60,290 nucleotides of DNA, taken from the IMG/VR virus record IMGVR_UViG_3300044833_000038, positions 1-60,290 of that record; one strand, written 5' to 3'. The position numbers and the translations under genes are program-made. The notes under the pieces were generated by a model. That model saw only the letters and a list, made by a program, of their open reading frames with translations, had not been told where the DNA came from and ran no database searches. This document shows, in pieces, positions 1 to 9,804 of the stretch (within the stretch, counting starts at the first letter, position 1; each line of letters starts with the position of its first letter). This DNA is from a virus. Its lineage: Duplodnaviria > Caudoviricetes.

Positions 1-206
1 TCAGACGTAAACCCATTCGATGCGCACATACCCCGGCCCGCCAGCACCGCCAGCACCGGAGTTGTTGCCGTTCAACGATGCGCCGCCGCCGCCGCCAGCG
101 CCGTAGCCGAGTGGGGTTGCGCCGGCTTGGGGGGCACCGGATACAGTTGCGGCACCGCCGCCGCCACCAGCGCCCGGGTTTCCCGCCACGGCGGTACCCG
201 CACCCG
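1..206. repeat. Terminal overlap, copy 1 (circular assembly)
   Basis: 1-206 matches 60082-60290 except for one GCC triplet. Confidence 0.95.
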
Positions 207-852
207 GGGCCGCGCCGCCCACCACCCCACCGGCAAGGGCTCCGATGTTGTACAGGAACAGGTTGCCGCCTGTGCCTCCGTTGGCTGCCGCGTTGCCTGA
301 AGTGAGACCACCCCCAGCACCCCCGGCAGACGGTCCCCCGTTGAAGCTGTCAGCTCCGACACCGCCGACACCTCCCGTGACTGACGCCGAACCGCCGGGG
401 GCTGAGCCGCTGAATTGCCCACCACCGGGGTTGGCGCCCCCGGAACCGGTGCTAGCGGTACCGCCCGCCCCAGCACTACCAGAGGAACACAGCAAAGTAC
501 AGGAACCTGATACGAAAGTTGTGTTTCCGGGCTGGGTTCCGCCGTTGCCGACGGTGGAGTTGACAGTTTGAGCAACGCCACCAACACCAGCCGCGGGGAT
601 GGTGACAGCGTAGGTTGAACCCAAAACGGATACGGGCACGAAATGGTCGAAGACGGCTGCACTGCCTGACCCGCCCCCACCACCACATCGCACGGTGCTG
701 GTCAGACCTCGCATACCGGAGCCGCCGCCGGAGCCGGGGGCGATGATCGTGACCCTGGCGCCCTTAATCCCTGATGGGACTGTGACGGCGGAAACACTTG
801 TGGTGCCCGTGTATTCGATAATCGGTGACGCTCCGAGCTGTTTGCGGGCCAT
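1..852 (-). CDS. Glycine-rich minor tail protein
   Basis: Gly-rich GGGG..G repeats ending GYVRIEW; start MARKQ overlaps the upstream stop (TGATG at 850-854). Confidence 0.75.
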   Translation of the reverse strand: MARKQLGASPIIEYTGTTSVSAVTVPSGIKGARVTIIAPGSGGGSGMRGLTSTVRCGGGGGSGSAAVFDHFVPVSVLGSTYAVTIPAAGVGGVAQTVNSTVGNGGTQPGNTTFVSGSCTLLCSSGSAGAGGTASTGSGGANPGGGQFSGSAPGGSASVTGGVGGVGADSFNGGPSAGGAGGGLTSGNAAANGGTGGNLFLYNIGALAGGVVGGAAPGAGTAVAGNPGAGGGGGAATVSGAPQAGATPLGYGAGGGGGASLNGNNSGAGGAGGPGYVRIEWVYV

Positions 853-1646
853 CAGCCGAAGACGGTTACCCGGTAAGCGTTCGATGCCGGGGCGGTCGCG
901 AACGTCAGGGTGACCACCGATGTGCTGGTCTTGACGACGTCGCACTCTACTTCTTCGAACGTTGAAGCGTCGTGCACGCTGACGTGAATATCGCGGGTAC
1001 CCAGCGAATGAGTGACAGCGATCGCAGTGGTTGAGCCGTCCCCGATAGTGGAGGCGAACCTGCGGACCACCACTGTGCTGTCGGGGATGATCTGGTTACC
1101 GGACAGGGTTAGACCGGTGCCGAGGTTGGCGCGGAAGTCGCTGCCCACCAACTGGACACCAAGGCTGGCCGTGTAGACACCGCCGCCGCCGACCTGAGCC
1201 CACGTGGTAGCTGTGGTGCCGATGGTGATGATTCCGTTTGTCGTGTTGGTCCACGCCGTGTCCGCGAGGGTTGTCCCTTCCGACACCATCACTGTCGTAT
1301 TAGGGCCGAGCTCACTGCCGCCGTCTGCGTCTAGCGCGCGCGTAGGCGCACCGGAGGCGTTGACGGTGTAAATCCCGTTGTCCGCTCCGGTTGTCTGATT
1401 CTTCAACAGGATTCGGTCGCCGGTTGCCAATGTGACACCGTCAATGACCGAGGCGTTCGCATAAGCGGTGGACAGGGTTCCGTTAGCGGTAGTCGACGCT
1501 CGAACAGCTGGCTTCCACGCCAAGCCGTTGACTAGGTTATCAACATACGACTTGTTGGCCGCGTCGGTCGACGCCGACGGTGACGCCAGGTTGACAATCT
1601 TCTGGCTTGTGAGATCGATACCGTTGAGGAACTTACGTCCAGCCAT
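852..1646 (-). CDS. Minor tail / tail fibre-associated protein
   Basis: TDAANKSYVD and GDRILLKNQT..NGIY motifs typical of fibre proteins; located in the tail module. Confidence 0.7.
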   Translation of the reverse strand: MAGRKFLNGIDLTSQKIVNLASPSASTDAANKSYVDNLVNGLAWKPAVRASTTANGTLSTAYANASVIDGVTLATGDRILLKNQTTGADNGIYTVNASGAPTRALDADGGSELGPNTTVMVSEGTTLADTAWTNTTNGIITIGTTATTWAQVGGGGVYTASLGVQLVGSDFRANLGTGLTLSGNQIIPDSTVVVRRFASTIGDGSTTAIAVTHSLGTRDIHVSVHDASTFEEVECDVVKTSTSVVTLTFATAPASNAYRVTVFG

Positions 1647-1655
1647 GTGCTTCTC

Positions 1656-1991
1656 CTAAATGATTTCGGCTCGACCAGATTGAGGCGAGGCGAAGGTGAT
1701 GACAATCGTTGACGTGTCGGGTGTTTCGATATCGGCGTCAACGATCTCGTCGCCGACAACCACCGTGACGGCAGATGGGTAGCGGCCCAATGTGTTGGTG
1801 ATCGTCCAGGTCGCGGCCGGGCTACTTTGGGTGTAGGTGAATGCGCCGTCTCCGGCCGCGCCAGTTGGGCCGCGTGTGCCTACGACTGGTATCACGATCA
1901 GCGGCGACGGGGCCGCAGCTGGCGCGGCCAGGACGGGAACCTGCGCTGGTGCGACTTGAACCTGTGCGCCGTTCGGCAGCGGTAGTGTCAC
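1656..1991 (-). CDS. Minor tail protein with short collagen-like stretch
   Basis: GTRGPTGAAG, WTITNTLGRYP; tail context. Confidence 0.6.
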   Translation of the reverse strand: MTLPLPNGAQVQVAPAQVPVLAAPAAAPSPLIVIPVVGTRGPTGAAGDGAFTYTQSSPAATWTITNTLGRYPSAVTVVVGDEIVDADIETPDTSTIVITFASPQSGRAEII

Positions 1992-2350
1992 TTATCGACT
2001 CGGCTGACTGTGCCCAGCATGTAGGCGTAGGGGGGTATGCCGGGCTCGGTGAGAACTACCGTGGTGAGGGACTTGTCTGGTATTGCTTCGGCCCGGTCGG
2101 CTGCAATCCTGAAACTGATGATGTCGTCGGCAATCGACCCTGCCCATGAGTCGATGACGGTCCAGTCTGTGTAGTCAAGAGTGGTGTCCTGATTGGCGGG
2201 GTGAATGTCCATCACAACTGTTGTGCCGTCGGGATAGAGCGGCGAAGGGGAGCCCGCGACGGGTTCGATGTCGACGTTCCAACCTCCCGGCTTGGAGAGG
2301 ACGACGACGATCTTTATCGCCTGCCAGCCCAGTTTCGTTGGCGCTGCCAT
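1988..2350 (-). CDS. Minor tail protein (actinophage LtfC-like)
   Basis: N-terminal LGW..IKIVVVLSK pattern; translationally coupled to neighbours. Confidence 0.55.
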   Translation of the reverse strand: MAAPTKLGWQAIKIVVVLSKPGGWNVDIEPVAGSPSPLYPDGTTVVMDIHPANQDTTLDYTDWTVIDSWAGSIADDIISFRIAADRAEAIPDKSLTTVVLTEPGIPPYAYMLGTVSRVDK

Positions 2351-2946
2351 CACGCCTGCTGATTCACGTCGATGACGTCACACACAGTGTCGGCGGCGTT
2401 GTAGATGGTGCGGACATACACGGTTTTGTTCGCCACCGTTGCCGTTGGCAGCGTTGTCCCGATGATCCGGAACGCGGCGTTCCACGTCAAAGTCTTGCTC
2501 GTGCCGTTGTCGCGGATGCGGAAGTCGAGCCGCTCCCCGTCGAGCAGATTGATCGGCGCGTTGATGGTCAGGTTCGCCGCTAGAGCGGTGAAGGCGTACA
2601 GGTCCGCGGCGGACTGATCGGGTGTCAGCGATGACGCCGACGCCGACGAGATGACGCGCGGTTTGATGCGCTTGTTAGTGAGGTTGTCGACGCTGTCACG
2701 ACCAACCAGGGTGTCGCTAGTTGTTGCTGGCAACACCAGTGTTTGAGTGCCCGTCGCCGCGCTGTTCGCCGACAGGTTCGCCAAAAATGTTGGCCCCCAC
2801 ATCTTAAGCACATAGGAGTACATGTTCACTATGCTGGAGCTTGCCCAAAAGTTCGACACACCAAGCGAATAGGTGTTATTCGCGGCGGGCTCGATATCCC
2901 CGGCGTGGTCCAGCGCCCACCGGTTCGTGAGCCAGTTCAATCCCAT
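2350..2946 (-). CDS. Minor tail protein
   Basis: Start MGLNW overlaps the upstream stop; LTNKRIKPR and DNGTSKTLTWN fibre-like motifs. Confidence 0.6.
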   Translation of the reverse strand: MGLNWLTNRWALDHAGDIEPAANNTYSLGVSNFWASSSIVNMYSYVLKMWGPTFLANLSANSAATGTQTLVLPATTSDTLVGRDSVDNLTNKRIKPRVISSASASSLTPDQSAADLYAFTALAANLTINAPINLLDGERLDFRIRDNGTSKTLTWNAAFRIIGTTLPTATVANKTVYVRTIYNAADTVCDVIDVNQQA

Positions 2947-4934
2947 CAGGCACCTACCTTCAAAGTTGTCAGATGGCCCGCGACTTCCAGCTGCGCTTTC
3001 CCGGCCTGAATGTCGGTGCCGGAACTGATGGCGAGTTTCGCGACGATCGTGTTCGCCGACGTGGTGTAGGTCAGTCCCACCGTGGTTGAGCCGTGCTGAA
3101 CCGTCTCCAGCGTGGTGAGTGTGACGACGCCGGAGCCGTCGACCAACCACGCCACCTTCTGCGACGCAACGAAACCGCTGACACCGTTGTGGACCCCGGT
3201 CACCGCGACGTCGATAATGCCGCCGGTGAAGTTCGCGACACCGAACGTCCACAAAGCTGTCGGTGTGGACGTGACCGTCCAGTTGATCGGCCGCTGATAC
3301 GAGTAGTCGATAGCGGGCGAGTTCAATGCAGAGGTGTTGTCGGTGACCAAGGCCCCGTCACCGATGCGGGTTTGACGCGCCACCACGGAGCCACCCAACG
3401 CTGTCGACTCGAAATAGACGGGAACAACGTTGGTGCAATGCCACGTGTTGGGACCGATACTGACCGGCCCGGCCCCGTTACGCACCGACACACCACGCGT
3501 CACTGCATCAGCGCGAACAGTGTTGCCGTCGAAACGCAGATCATCGAACCCGGCGCCGAAGTCCACAATGGAGTCGGTTGTGGTGCCCAGAAACTCATTG
3601 TCCTGCACGTGAGCGAGGTTGACTGTGCCACCCGCGCCCAGACGCTGGAATCTCACGCATATCGCGCCACAGTTTTCGATGCTGTTGTCGGTGACGAACA
3701 GGTCGGAGGTGCCGATCCCGTTGGCCATCGCGAAATCCACACCGACAGCGAACTGTGCGCCCGCACTCGATCCTGCACCGTTTATCTTCGAGTGTGCCAG
3801 GCGGAAGCCGCCACCAGACTCCCAATGAATAGCCGCCGATACTGAAGCAGTGCGCGATGACCCTTGCGGGTCGAAAGTCGTGCCGTGAACAAGGGCGTCA
3901 CCGATGTCGGGCTGTGACGGGTTCGCGCAAAACAACCCGTAGCGTACCGGCGCACCGACGTAGGAGTCGTATATCTTCCAGCTGCCTTTTACGCTGTCCT
4001 CGATGCGGATGTTGTCGTAAAAGTTGTGCACCCAAACATGATTGATGCGCGCCTCCGAGCCATCAGTCATCTTGATGCCGTAACCGGATGTCGGGTTGAT
4101 ACCCCCGCTATTGACGATCATCAGGTTTTCCACCACACAACCGCCGCCGCCGATAGTGAGGGCTGTCGCATTCGCGGCGTTGCAGAACAGTTGGGTAGCA
4201 CCGAAATATGTTGCGTCCCCCCAACCGCCGACGCCGATCAGACGCACCTGCGGCTTGGTGAACGTCACCCCAGCGGCGGGGAGCGCGTAGGTGCCCCCTT
4301 GCAAGAGGATGTCCCCGCCCGTCGCGGGTAACGCGGTGTGGGCGGCAAGAATGTTGGCGGCGTCGGTGGCGGCCACACCAGTCGCGGCCGGGACTACCTG
4401 CACACCAAGGCGGAGCGCCTCGTCGCCCAGATAGGCCCGCGCCGTGGCCGCATCTGCGGCCGTGCTCAACGCTAAGCCGACTGTGGAGAACCCGGTGATC
4501 TGGTCAATGCCGAGCGTTCCCACAGGTACGGCGGTGATGTTCGGCACCGGCGCCAACTGATCCAGCGACCGGGCCACACCCGGCGCGGGCGCCTGGAAAG
4601 TCCACGTCGACAACTTGATTGTCTTGCCGCCCAACGTGGCGCTCCCCGGCACGACGGTCCACTGCACAGGACTAGTCAGATTCAACGCGGAATCGTTGGC
4701 GAGCAACATAATCCCCGGGTTAGTGCCGTCCTCACTGATCTGCCCGGACGGCAACACGGTGACGGTGCGCCATCCCACATAGAACAGGCCGCCCGAGGTG
4801 GGGATGCCCCGGTTGGTTGGAATGTTGGACTTCAGCACGATCTGCAGTCCTGTCAGGGCGGCTAACTGCTGGGCGGTCGGCGTTCCGAGCATCAGCTGGC
4901 CGGCTGTGCCGGTGAGGTGAAACTCTCCGGGCAT
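2946..4934 (-). CDS. Tailspike with pectate-lyase-like right-handed beta-helix
   Basis: GVAATDAANILAA..GGDILLQGGTY..LIGVG beta-helix entry motif followed by repetitive beta strands. Confidence 0.7.
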   Translation of the reverse strand: MPGEFHLTGTAGQLMLGTPTAQQLAALTGLQIVLKSNIPTNRGIPTSGGLFYVGWRTVTVLPSGQISEDGTNPGIMLLANDSALNLTSPVQWTVVPGSATLGGKTIKLSTWTFQAPAPGVARSLDQLAPVPNITAVPVGTLGIDQITGFSTVGLALSTAADAATARAYLGDEALRLGVQVVPAATGVAATDAANILAAHTALPATGGDILLQGGTYALPAAGVTFTKPQVRLIGVGGWGDATYFGATQLFCNAANATALTIGGGGCVVENLMIVNSGGINPTSGYGIKMTDGSEARINHVWVHNFYDNIRIEDSVKGSWKIYDSYVGAPVRYGLFCANPSQPDIGDALVHGTTFDPQGSSRTASVSAAIHWESGGGFRLAHSKINGAGSSAGAQFAVGVDFAMANGIGTSDLFVTDNSIENCGAICVRFQRLGAGGTVNLAHVQDNEFLGTTTDSIVDFGAGFDDLRFDGNTVRADAVTRGVSVRNGAGPVSIGPNTWHCTNVVPVYFESTALGGSVVARQTRIGDGALVTDNTSALNSPAIDYSYQRPINWTVTSTPTALWTFGVANFTGGIIDVAVTGVHNGVSGFVASQKVAWLVDGSGVVTLTTLETVQHGSTTVGLTYTTSANTIVAKLAISSGTDIQAGKAQLEVAGHLTTLKVGA

Positions 4935-4958
4935 GTCAGCGCCCCCCTAGTTGTGTCG

Positions 4959-5516
4959 TCATGCGCCGGCCAGGTAGTGGTTCCAAGTGATTGTCAGAAC
5001 GTCTGAGGAGCCTTTCGAGCTGATACCCGTTATAGGCAGGCGTGAAATGGTGTTGGCCGCAGTGGAAGTCGCGTTGGTGGCGATGGTGTCGTTGACGATC
5101 ACAGCCTCAGTGATAGCCGACGTGGTCGTCGCCTGCCCGGCAGCATAGGTGCGTTTGTAGGTGATCTGCCGCGCGTCATAAGGGGTCACAGGTGCTGTCG
5201 CGGCCGGTTTCAGCGACGACTGCGGGAAGGTGGAATCGAACGCGAAATTGCTGCCCGACAGGTAGGTCGTCAGCGCGGCACCCGCGCCAGTCTTCGCGAT
5301 CGCATTCGCGCCTGAAGTCGCGCCAGTCCCGAGTCGGATACCTGTCGGCGCGGCGGGTGCGCCTGAGATGGCGGCTCCGCGTTCGTAGTACATCTGGTCG
5401 CCGACCTGGGTTACCAGGTTCTTACCCTCGAAGCGTTCGATCAGGTTGCCGTGTTCGTCGAAACGCTCCACGGTGACCATGCTGATGGCGGTGCTTTGCT
5501 CGTTCAGATCGGTCAT
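4959..5516 (-). CDS. Minor tail protein
   Basis: NLVTQVG, IRLGTG, ITEA, KGSSDVLTITW motifs; SD upstream of MTDLNEQ. Confidence 0.65.
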   Translation of the reverse strand: MTDLNEQSTAISMVTVERFDEHGNLIERFEGKNLVTQVGDQMYYERGAAISGAPAAPTGIRLGTGATSGANAIAKTGAGAALTTYLSGSNFAFDSTFPQSSLKPAATAPVTPYDARQITYKRTYAAGQATTTSAITEAVIVNDTIATNATSTAANTISRLPITGISSKGSSDVLTITWNHYLAGA

Positions 5517-5532
5517 TTTGCTGTCCTCTTTG

Positions 5533-7395
5533 TCAGGCATGGACGAGATCGATTGCGAGGGCGCTGTACAAGGTGAGGTAGGTAGAAGGGATTTCGGCCT
5601 CGACATTCAGCGCGCCTGGCGCGGTGCCGATGAGGATGAATCCGCCGTTCCCCCCCGTCCCCCCGATCGTGGCACCCCCGTGGTAGCGGACAGTCAACCC
5701 AGTCATTCCCGCGTTGAAGTCGCGGCTACCGCCGAAAAGGAACGCCACAATGTTGCCGGCGGATGAGTGGGCTACCAGATCAGGTGTGTTGCCGCCGGAC
5801 GCTGAGTGAACCGAGTACACGGTGCCGAACGCTGAAACACCGGAGCATAAAATCGAGTCGGCGGCGACTGAATCGAACTTCGTGACACCGTCGACGGTTT
5901 TCACTTCCGCGCTGAAGGTGTGGGCACCAGCTGTGGGCACCTTCGTTTTGATGACGCCGCCGACGATGGAGTCGACGAGCCCGAACAGATGGATTGAGCC
6001 TCGTTGGTTTGTGGTGCTGGCGATCTGAATCGATCCGAGTTTTGTCAGCGCGCCGTCAACACTCGATGACACCGTCCCCCCCGGTGGGCTGTACAGACTC
6101 CACGGTTTGGAATGGTCGGTCGAAGCGACTAAGCCCACGAGCAACGCACCGTTGGCGATCGCTGCGATGGTCTCGGTCCAGGTGATGGTGACGTCGAACG
6201 TGTCGCTAGTGGTATCGATATCGCCGGCACCCGAGGCGACGAAGGCCGCTCCGGTGGTTATCAGGTCGAACGTCGCATCATCGGTGGCATCGGCGACCTC
6301 AGCGCCCGGCGCATATAGCCCGGATGGCATTAGGTTGAACGTCGCCGAGTCCGTGGCATAGGCGACGTCGGCGATAGTCCCCGGGAATGCAGCGAACCCG
6401 GACACAACCGCTTTCTCAGCCTTGGGTGTGTAGTCGAAATGCGCCATGCCGTAATGCTTATTGGCCTTCTTGTTGGGCTGCTCCCAGTCGCGGTACATGA
6501 AGATCCACGTGGTCGGATAGATGACCCCAGCCGTGGCATACGGTTGCATCAGCGCCCACTGCGCGGCGACGTTGGCCGCCTGCTCAGCCTCGAGTTCGGC
6601 GTCCGTCACCGATAAACCGCCCGGGGATGTCATCGACTCGAATCCCCACTCGGTGCAATAGATCAGGGAGGAGTCGCTGTTGGTGTCCATGATGGCGCGG
6701 ATAGCTGTGATGTTTTTGAAGCTGAAGTTATCCGCCGACGGAACCATCGCAGTGAAGTGTGTATCCCGCATGTACGGGTGCATTGACAGGCCGTCGAACC
6801 AGCCCTGCGCGCCGCAGTTGTAGAACGCCTGCACCCACTGGACCGGTGCCAGCGACGCCCAACCGGTGCCGACGGCCATCAACGCCCCGGCCAGCACCGT
6901 CACGCTCGGCATCGCAGCCTTGATGGGGGTGTATGCGGCGCGCACGAACTCCAGATACTTCGACGGATCGGTGGGAGAACCGAAGTTCGCGATATCGTTT
7001 ACTTCATTTCCCAGCTCGATCCACCGGATACGCGACCCGGCGTAGCGTTGCGCTATCGCCCCGCACAGCAGCCCGTAATCGGCGGCGTTCGCCGGGGTGG
7101 CCGATATCCCTATCGGAAATATCGAGCGGCGCGGCTCGATGTTGAGGTTGATGTCGAGCCCCACGGCTTCGGCGGCGTTGACCGCGTAATCCAGGTTGCC
7201 CCACACGTATTTGGATTGCACACCGTGCGCGGTCCGGTTGGGGTCCAACTGCACCCACAGGCAGTCCATGCTGATCGAGTTCGCGCCGATCGCCTTGATC
7301 TCCTGCATGATGCGTGTCACATCAGCAGGGTTGTCGGCGCCTTGAGTGCCCCACGGCAGCTCAGACTGGCGGATACCGAAATTCAGGCTCGTCAT
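5533..7395 (-). CDS. Tail-associated clan GH-A glycoside hydrolase (GH5/GH39-like) with C-terminal beta domain
   Basis: IELGNEVN (acid/base), SMHPY, YCTEWG (nucleophile), HYGM. Confidence 0.75.
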   Translation of the reverse strand: MTSLNFGIRQSELPWGTQGADNPADVTRIMQEIKAIGANSISMDCLWVQLDPNRTAHGVQSKYVWGNLDYAVNAAEAVGLDINLNIEPRRSIFPIGISATPANAADYGLLCGAIAQRYAGSRIRWIELGNEVNDIANFGSPTDPSKYLEFVRAAYTPIKAAMPSVTVLAGALMAVGTGWASLAPVQWVQAFYNCGAQGWFDGLSMHPYMRDTHFTAMVPSADNFSFKNITAIRAIMDTNSDSSLIYCTEWGFESMTSPGGLSVTDAELEAEQAANVAAQWALMQPYATAGVIYPTTWIFMYRDWEQPNKKANKHYGMAHFDYTPKAEKAVVSGFAAFPGTIADVAYATDSATFNLMPSGLYAPGAEVADATDDATFDLITTGAAFVASGAGDIDTTSDTFDVTITWTETIAAIANGALLVGLVASTDHSKPWSLYSPPGGTVSSSVDGALTKLGSIQIASTTNQRGSIHLFGLVDSIVGGVIKTKVPTAGAHTFSAEVKTVDGVTKFDSVAADSILCSGVSAFGTVYSVHSASGGNTPDLVAHSSAGNIVAFLFGGSRDFNAGMTGLTVRYHGGATIGGTGGNGGFILIGTAPGALNVEAEIPSTYLTLYSALAIDLVHA

Positions 7396-8417
7396 TGTGG
7401 TGCTGCTGTAAGCCAGTCGTAGAACGTGAACTCGGTGATGGAGAAGCCGCGGTGGCTGGCGTCGTTCAAACCGTTCAGCGTCACCCCGACATGCTGATAG
7501 GTGGCCGTGCCGTCGTGGATGACGCTGTTGCCTGCGTCATTCCAGCGCAGCGGGACGATCTCGGCGCCGTTGAGGAACACGTGAAAGGTGTTGGAAGTAG
7601 GGGATGTGTCGTCGTACGGTTCGTAGCGGATCTCCCAGAACGTGTTGTCAGGGATCCGCATCTGCAGAGATGTTCGCGACACAACACCGGTCGTCGGCCC
7701 GGTTCCTGTCACGACGGCGACGGTGTCCGCACCGTTGGACGTCGGGTTCAGTTCCAGGGCGGCCCAGTTCGTCATCGCCGTGTTGGAGCAGATGTGCACG
7801 CGGGTCTGGCCGGGCCTCTTGGCTTTGACCGCGATACCCGCGCCCTGGCGGTCGGTCCCTGGCGAAGTGTTATAGATGGCCGCAGCGGTTGCCGCAGCCG
7901 TCCACGCGCCCCAACCGGTCGGGCTGACTGTGCCCACAACCGGGACCAGATTGGTTGTGTTCGTGCAGTTATCAGTGACAGGGTTCAGCGTGTTGGACTT
8001 GGCCTCCAGCGCGGCGATGCGCGCCGCCATATCGCTGAAGTCACCCTCTACCTTCTGGGCGAGGTTGCTGATGAACTGCAACGGGCTATCGAGCGTGTCC
8101 ACCAGCTGCTTGAGCGCATCCGGGATCGACGAGAAGTCGGTGGCCAGCGCGCCGAACGGCGCCAGGATCTTGGCGACCATGGAGAACACCAGCCCGGGGA
8201 TTCCTGCGAGGCCGCCGAACACCTGCGACAGCACCCCAGTCGGATTCGAGAACACCGAAGTCCCGTTGGTGATGTACTTCGCCTTGTACGCGGCGACGAC
8301 GGTGGCCTGATCGTTGCCGACAAGGTCAGCGACCGAGGTGGGACTGTTCCCGTTGGCGGAGACGATGAACGGCAACGCTGTGGTGTCGACACTGGCGCCC
8401 ATATCCGGGAGCGTCAT
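7392..8417 (-). CDS. Minor tail protein
   Basis: Helical N-terminus plus beta-rich C-terminus; coupled to neighbours. Confidence 0.65.
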   Translation of the reverse strand: MTLPDMGASVDTTALPFIVSANGNSPTSVADLVGNDQATVVAAYKAKYITNGTSVFSNPTGVLSQVFGGLAGIPGLVFSMVAKILAPFGALATDFSSIPDALKQLVDTLDSPLQFISNLAQKVEGDFSDMAARIAALEAKSNTLNPVTDNCTNTTNLVPVVGTVSPTGWGAWTAAATAAAIYNTSPGTDRQGAGIAVKAKRPGQTRVHICSNTAMTNWAALELNPTSNGADTVAVVTGTGPTTGVVSRTSLQMRIPDNTFWEIRYEPYDDTSPTSNTFHVFLNGAEIVPLRWNDAGNSVIHDGTATYQHVGVTLNGLNDASHRGFSITEFTFYDWLTAAPQ

Positions 8418-8830
8418 GCCTCGAAGTCCTCAGGCTTGGCCGCGTCCATCCGCGCATTGGCTTCGGCGTTCGTCGCCTGATGCGCGGCCAGCGCCTCAGC
8501 CGCGAACACGCGCCGCTGCTCATCGGTCAGACCGTCGACACCGCCCGCCGCGTCGATGCGCGCCGCCAGATCAGGGTTGGCCTGGCGCAGCATGTCCAGC
8601 ATCGCCGCCTTCACCCCGGGCGGCGCCTTCTTCACCACCGTCTGCGGGGCGTGATTGCCCATCGCCTTGGGGCCTTCGCGCTGCAGCTCGAGCGTGGCCA
8701 GCTCGGGATGCACCCGCACACCCAGCCCGTGGAGTTTGTCGGCGATCATCGCGCGCGCCGGCGGCGGCAGAAACCACAACACATCAGCCAGCGCGCGGAC
8801 ATCAATGACCCTCGCGGACAATTCGACCAT
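8414..8830 (-). CDS. Mycobacteriophage gp29/DUF2744-like tail-region protein
   Basis: LHGLGVRVHPELA motif; position after the hub genes. Confidence 0.55.
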   Translation of the reverse strand: MVELSARVIDVRALADVLWFLPPPARAMIADKLHGLGVRVHPELATLELQREGPKAMGNHAPQTVVKKAPPGVKAAMLDMLRQANPDLAARIDAAGGVDGLTDEQRRVFAAEALAAHQATNAEANARMDAAKPEDFEA

Positions 8831-9771
8831 CAGTTGTCCTTCGCCTGCCAGCCGGCGACCTCAATACCCGGAGAGAACAGCAGCCCGGTATCGAACGCAA
8901 ACCCCGCATAGCGGTAGCCAGGGCCGTGCGGCACCACAGCCAGTGAGTCCACCCATGTTGTCAGCGGGGTCAGGCTGGTGCCCTGATACACCGCCAGCGT
9001 CGCGGTCACAAAGTCGTAAGTCACGTAGTAGTCGTTCAGGTCGACCACCGTGTGGGACAGCGCCGTCGACTGATAGGTGACCGTCGTCGGCCCGGTCACG
9101 ATAGCCATGTGGATGTGATTGGTGACAGAGTCGAACTCGACCGCCAGCCCGGTGGTGTACCGCTGGTCTGCGCAGACGATCACCTGACATTTGCCCTGAC
9201 CCTGATTCAGCAGCACCACATGGGATTTGACGGTGTCGGTGTTCAAAGGCGAATCCCAGCGGATCGCCGACTGCGCCACGAATAGGCTGGCATCGGCGGA
9301 CACACCGAACGGCAGCGACGATCCGGTGTTGTCGTACACCTTTGTGCGGCCCTTGACGGCCTTCCAGTTGGTCCGAAGGCCGAGCGTGGGGAAGGTGTCG
9401 GTGTAGTTCAAAGCGATCGATGCCTGCTGCACGGCTGGGGCATCGGGGTATTCGACTTCGCGGCGAGTCACCTTGCCGTACCGGATCTTCACTGGCCCGT
9501 TGTCGGTGTCCAGGAATGTCTCAAAGTTGGCGCCGTGCGGGATCAAATCCACGTCGTCGGGCTGTGCGGTGAAGGTGATCGCGTCCGCGGTGACGGTGTC
9601 GGCGTACAGGGTGGTTAGTTCACCCCCGGAGGTGTCGGTGAACACTGTGTAGGCGTCGGCGTCGGTCGGCCACGGCGCCCCAGCGTCGGCCAGCAGATAG
9701 GGCGGCTCATACGGCAGCGGGTTCCACATACTGCCGCGGGACAGCAGGACAACGGAATTGCGTGTCTGCAT
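8830..9771 (-). CDS. Minor tail protein
   Basis: LLSRG N-terminus and PHGPGYRYAGF C-terminus typical of mycobacteriophage minor tails. Confidence 0.7.
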   Translation of the reverse strand: MQTRNSVVLLSRGSMWNPLPYEPPYLLADAGAPWPTDADAYTVFTDTSGGELTTLYADTVTADAITFTAQPDDVDLIPHGANFETFLDTDNGPVKIRYGKVTRREVEYPDAPAVQQASIALNYTDTFPTLGLRTNWKAVKGRTKVYDNTGSSLPFGVSADASLFVAQSAIRWDSPLNTDTVKSHVVLLNQGQGKCQVIVCADQRYTTGLAVEFDSVTNHIHMAIVTGPTTVTYQSTALSHTVVDLNDYYVTYDFVTATLAVYQGTSLTPLTTWVDSLAVVPHGPGYRYAGFAFDTGLLFSPGIEVAGWQAKDN

Positions 9772-9804
9772 CAGCTCCTTCTCCCAATCCTGTTGTGCTG
9801 CACC

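Noticed and set aside
1-206. Biological direct terminal repeat
   Set aside because: It falls within a tail gene far from the terminase; the HNH-terS layout suggests cos ends, so this is an assembly overlap.
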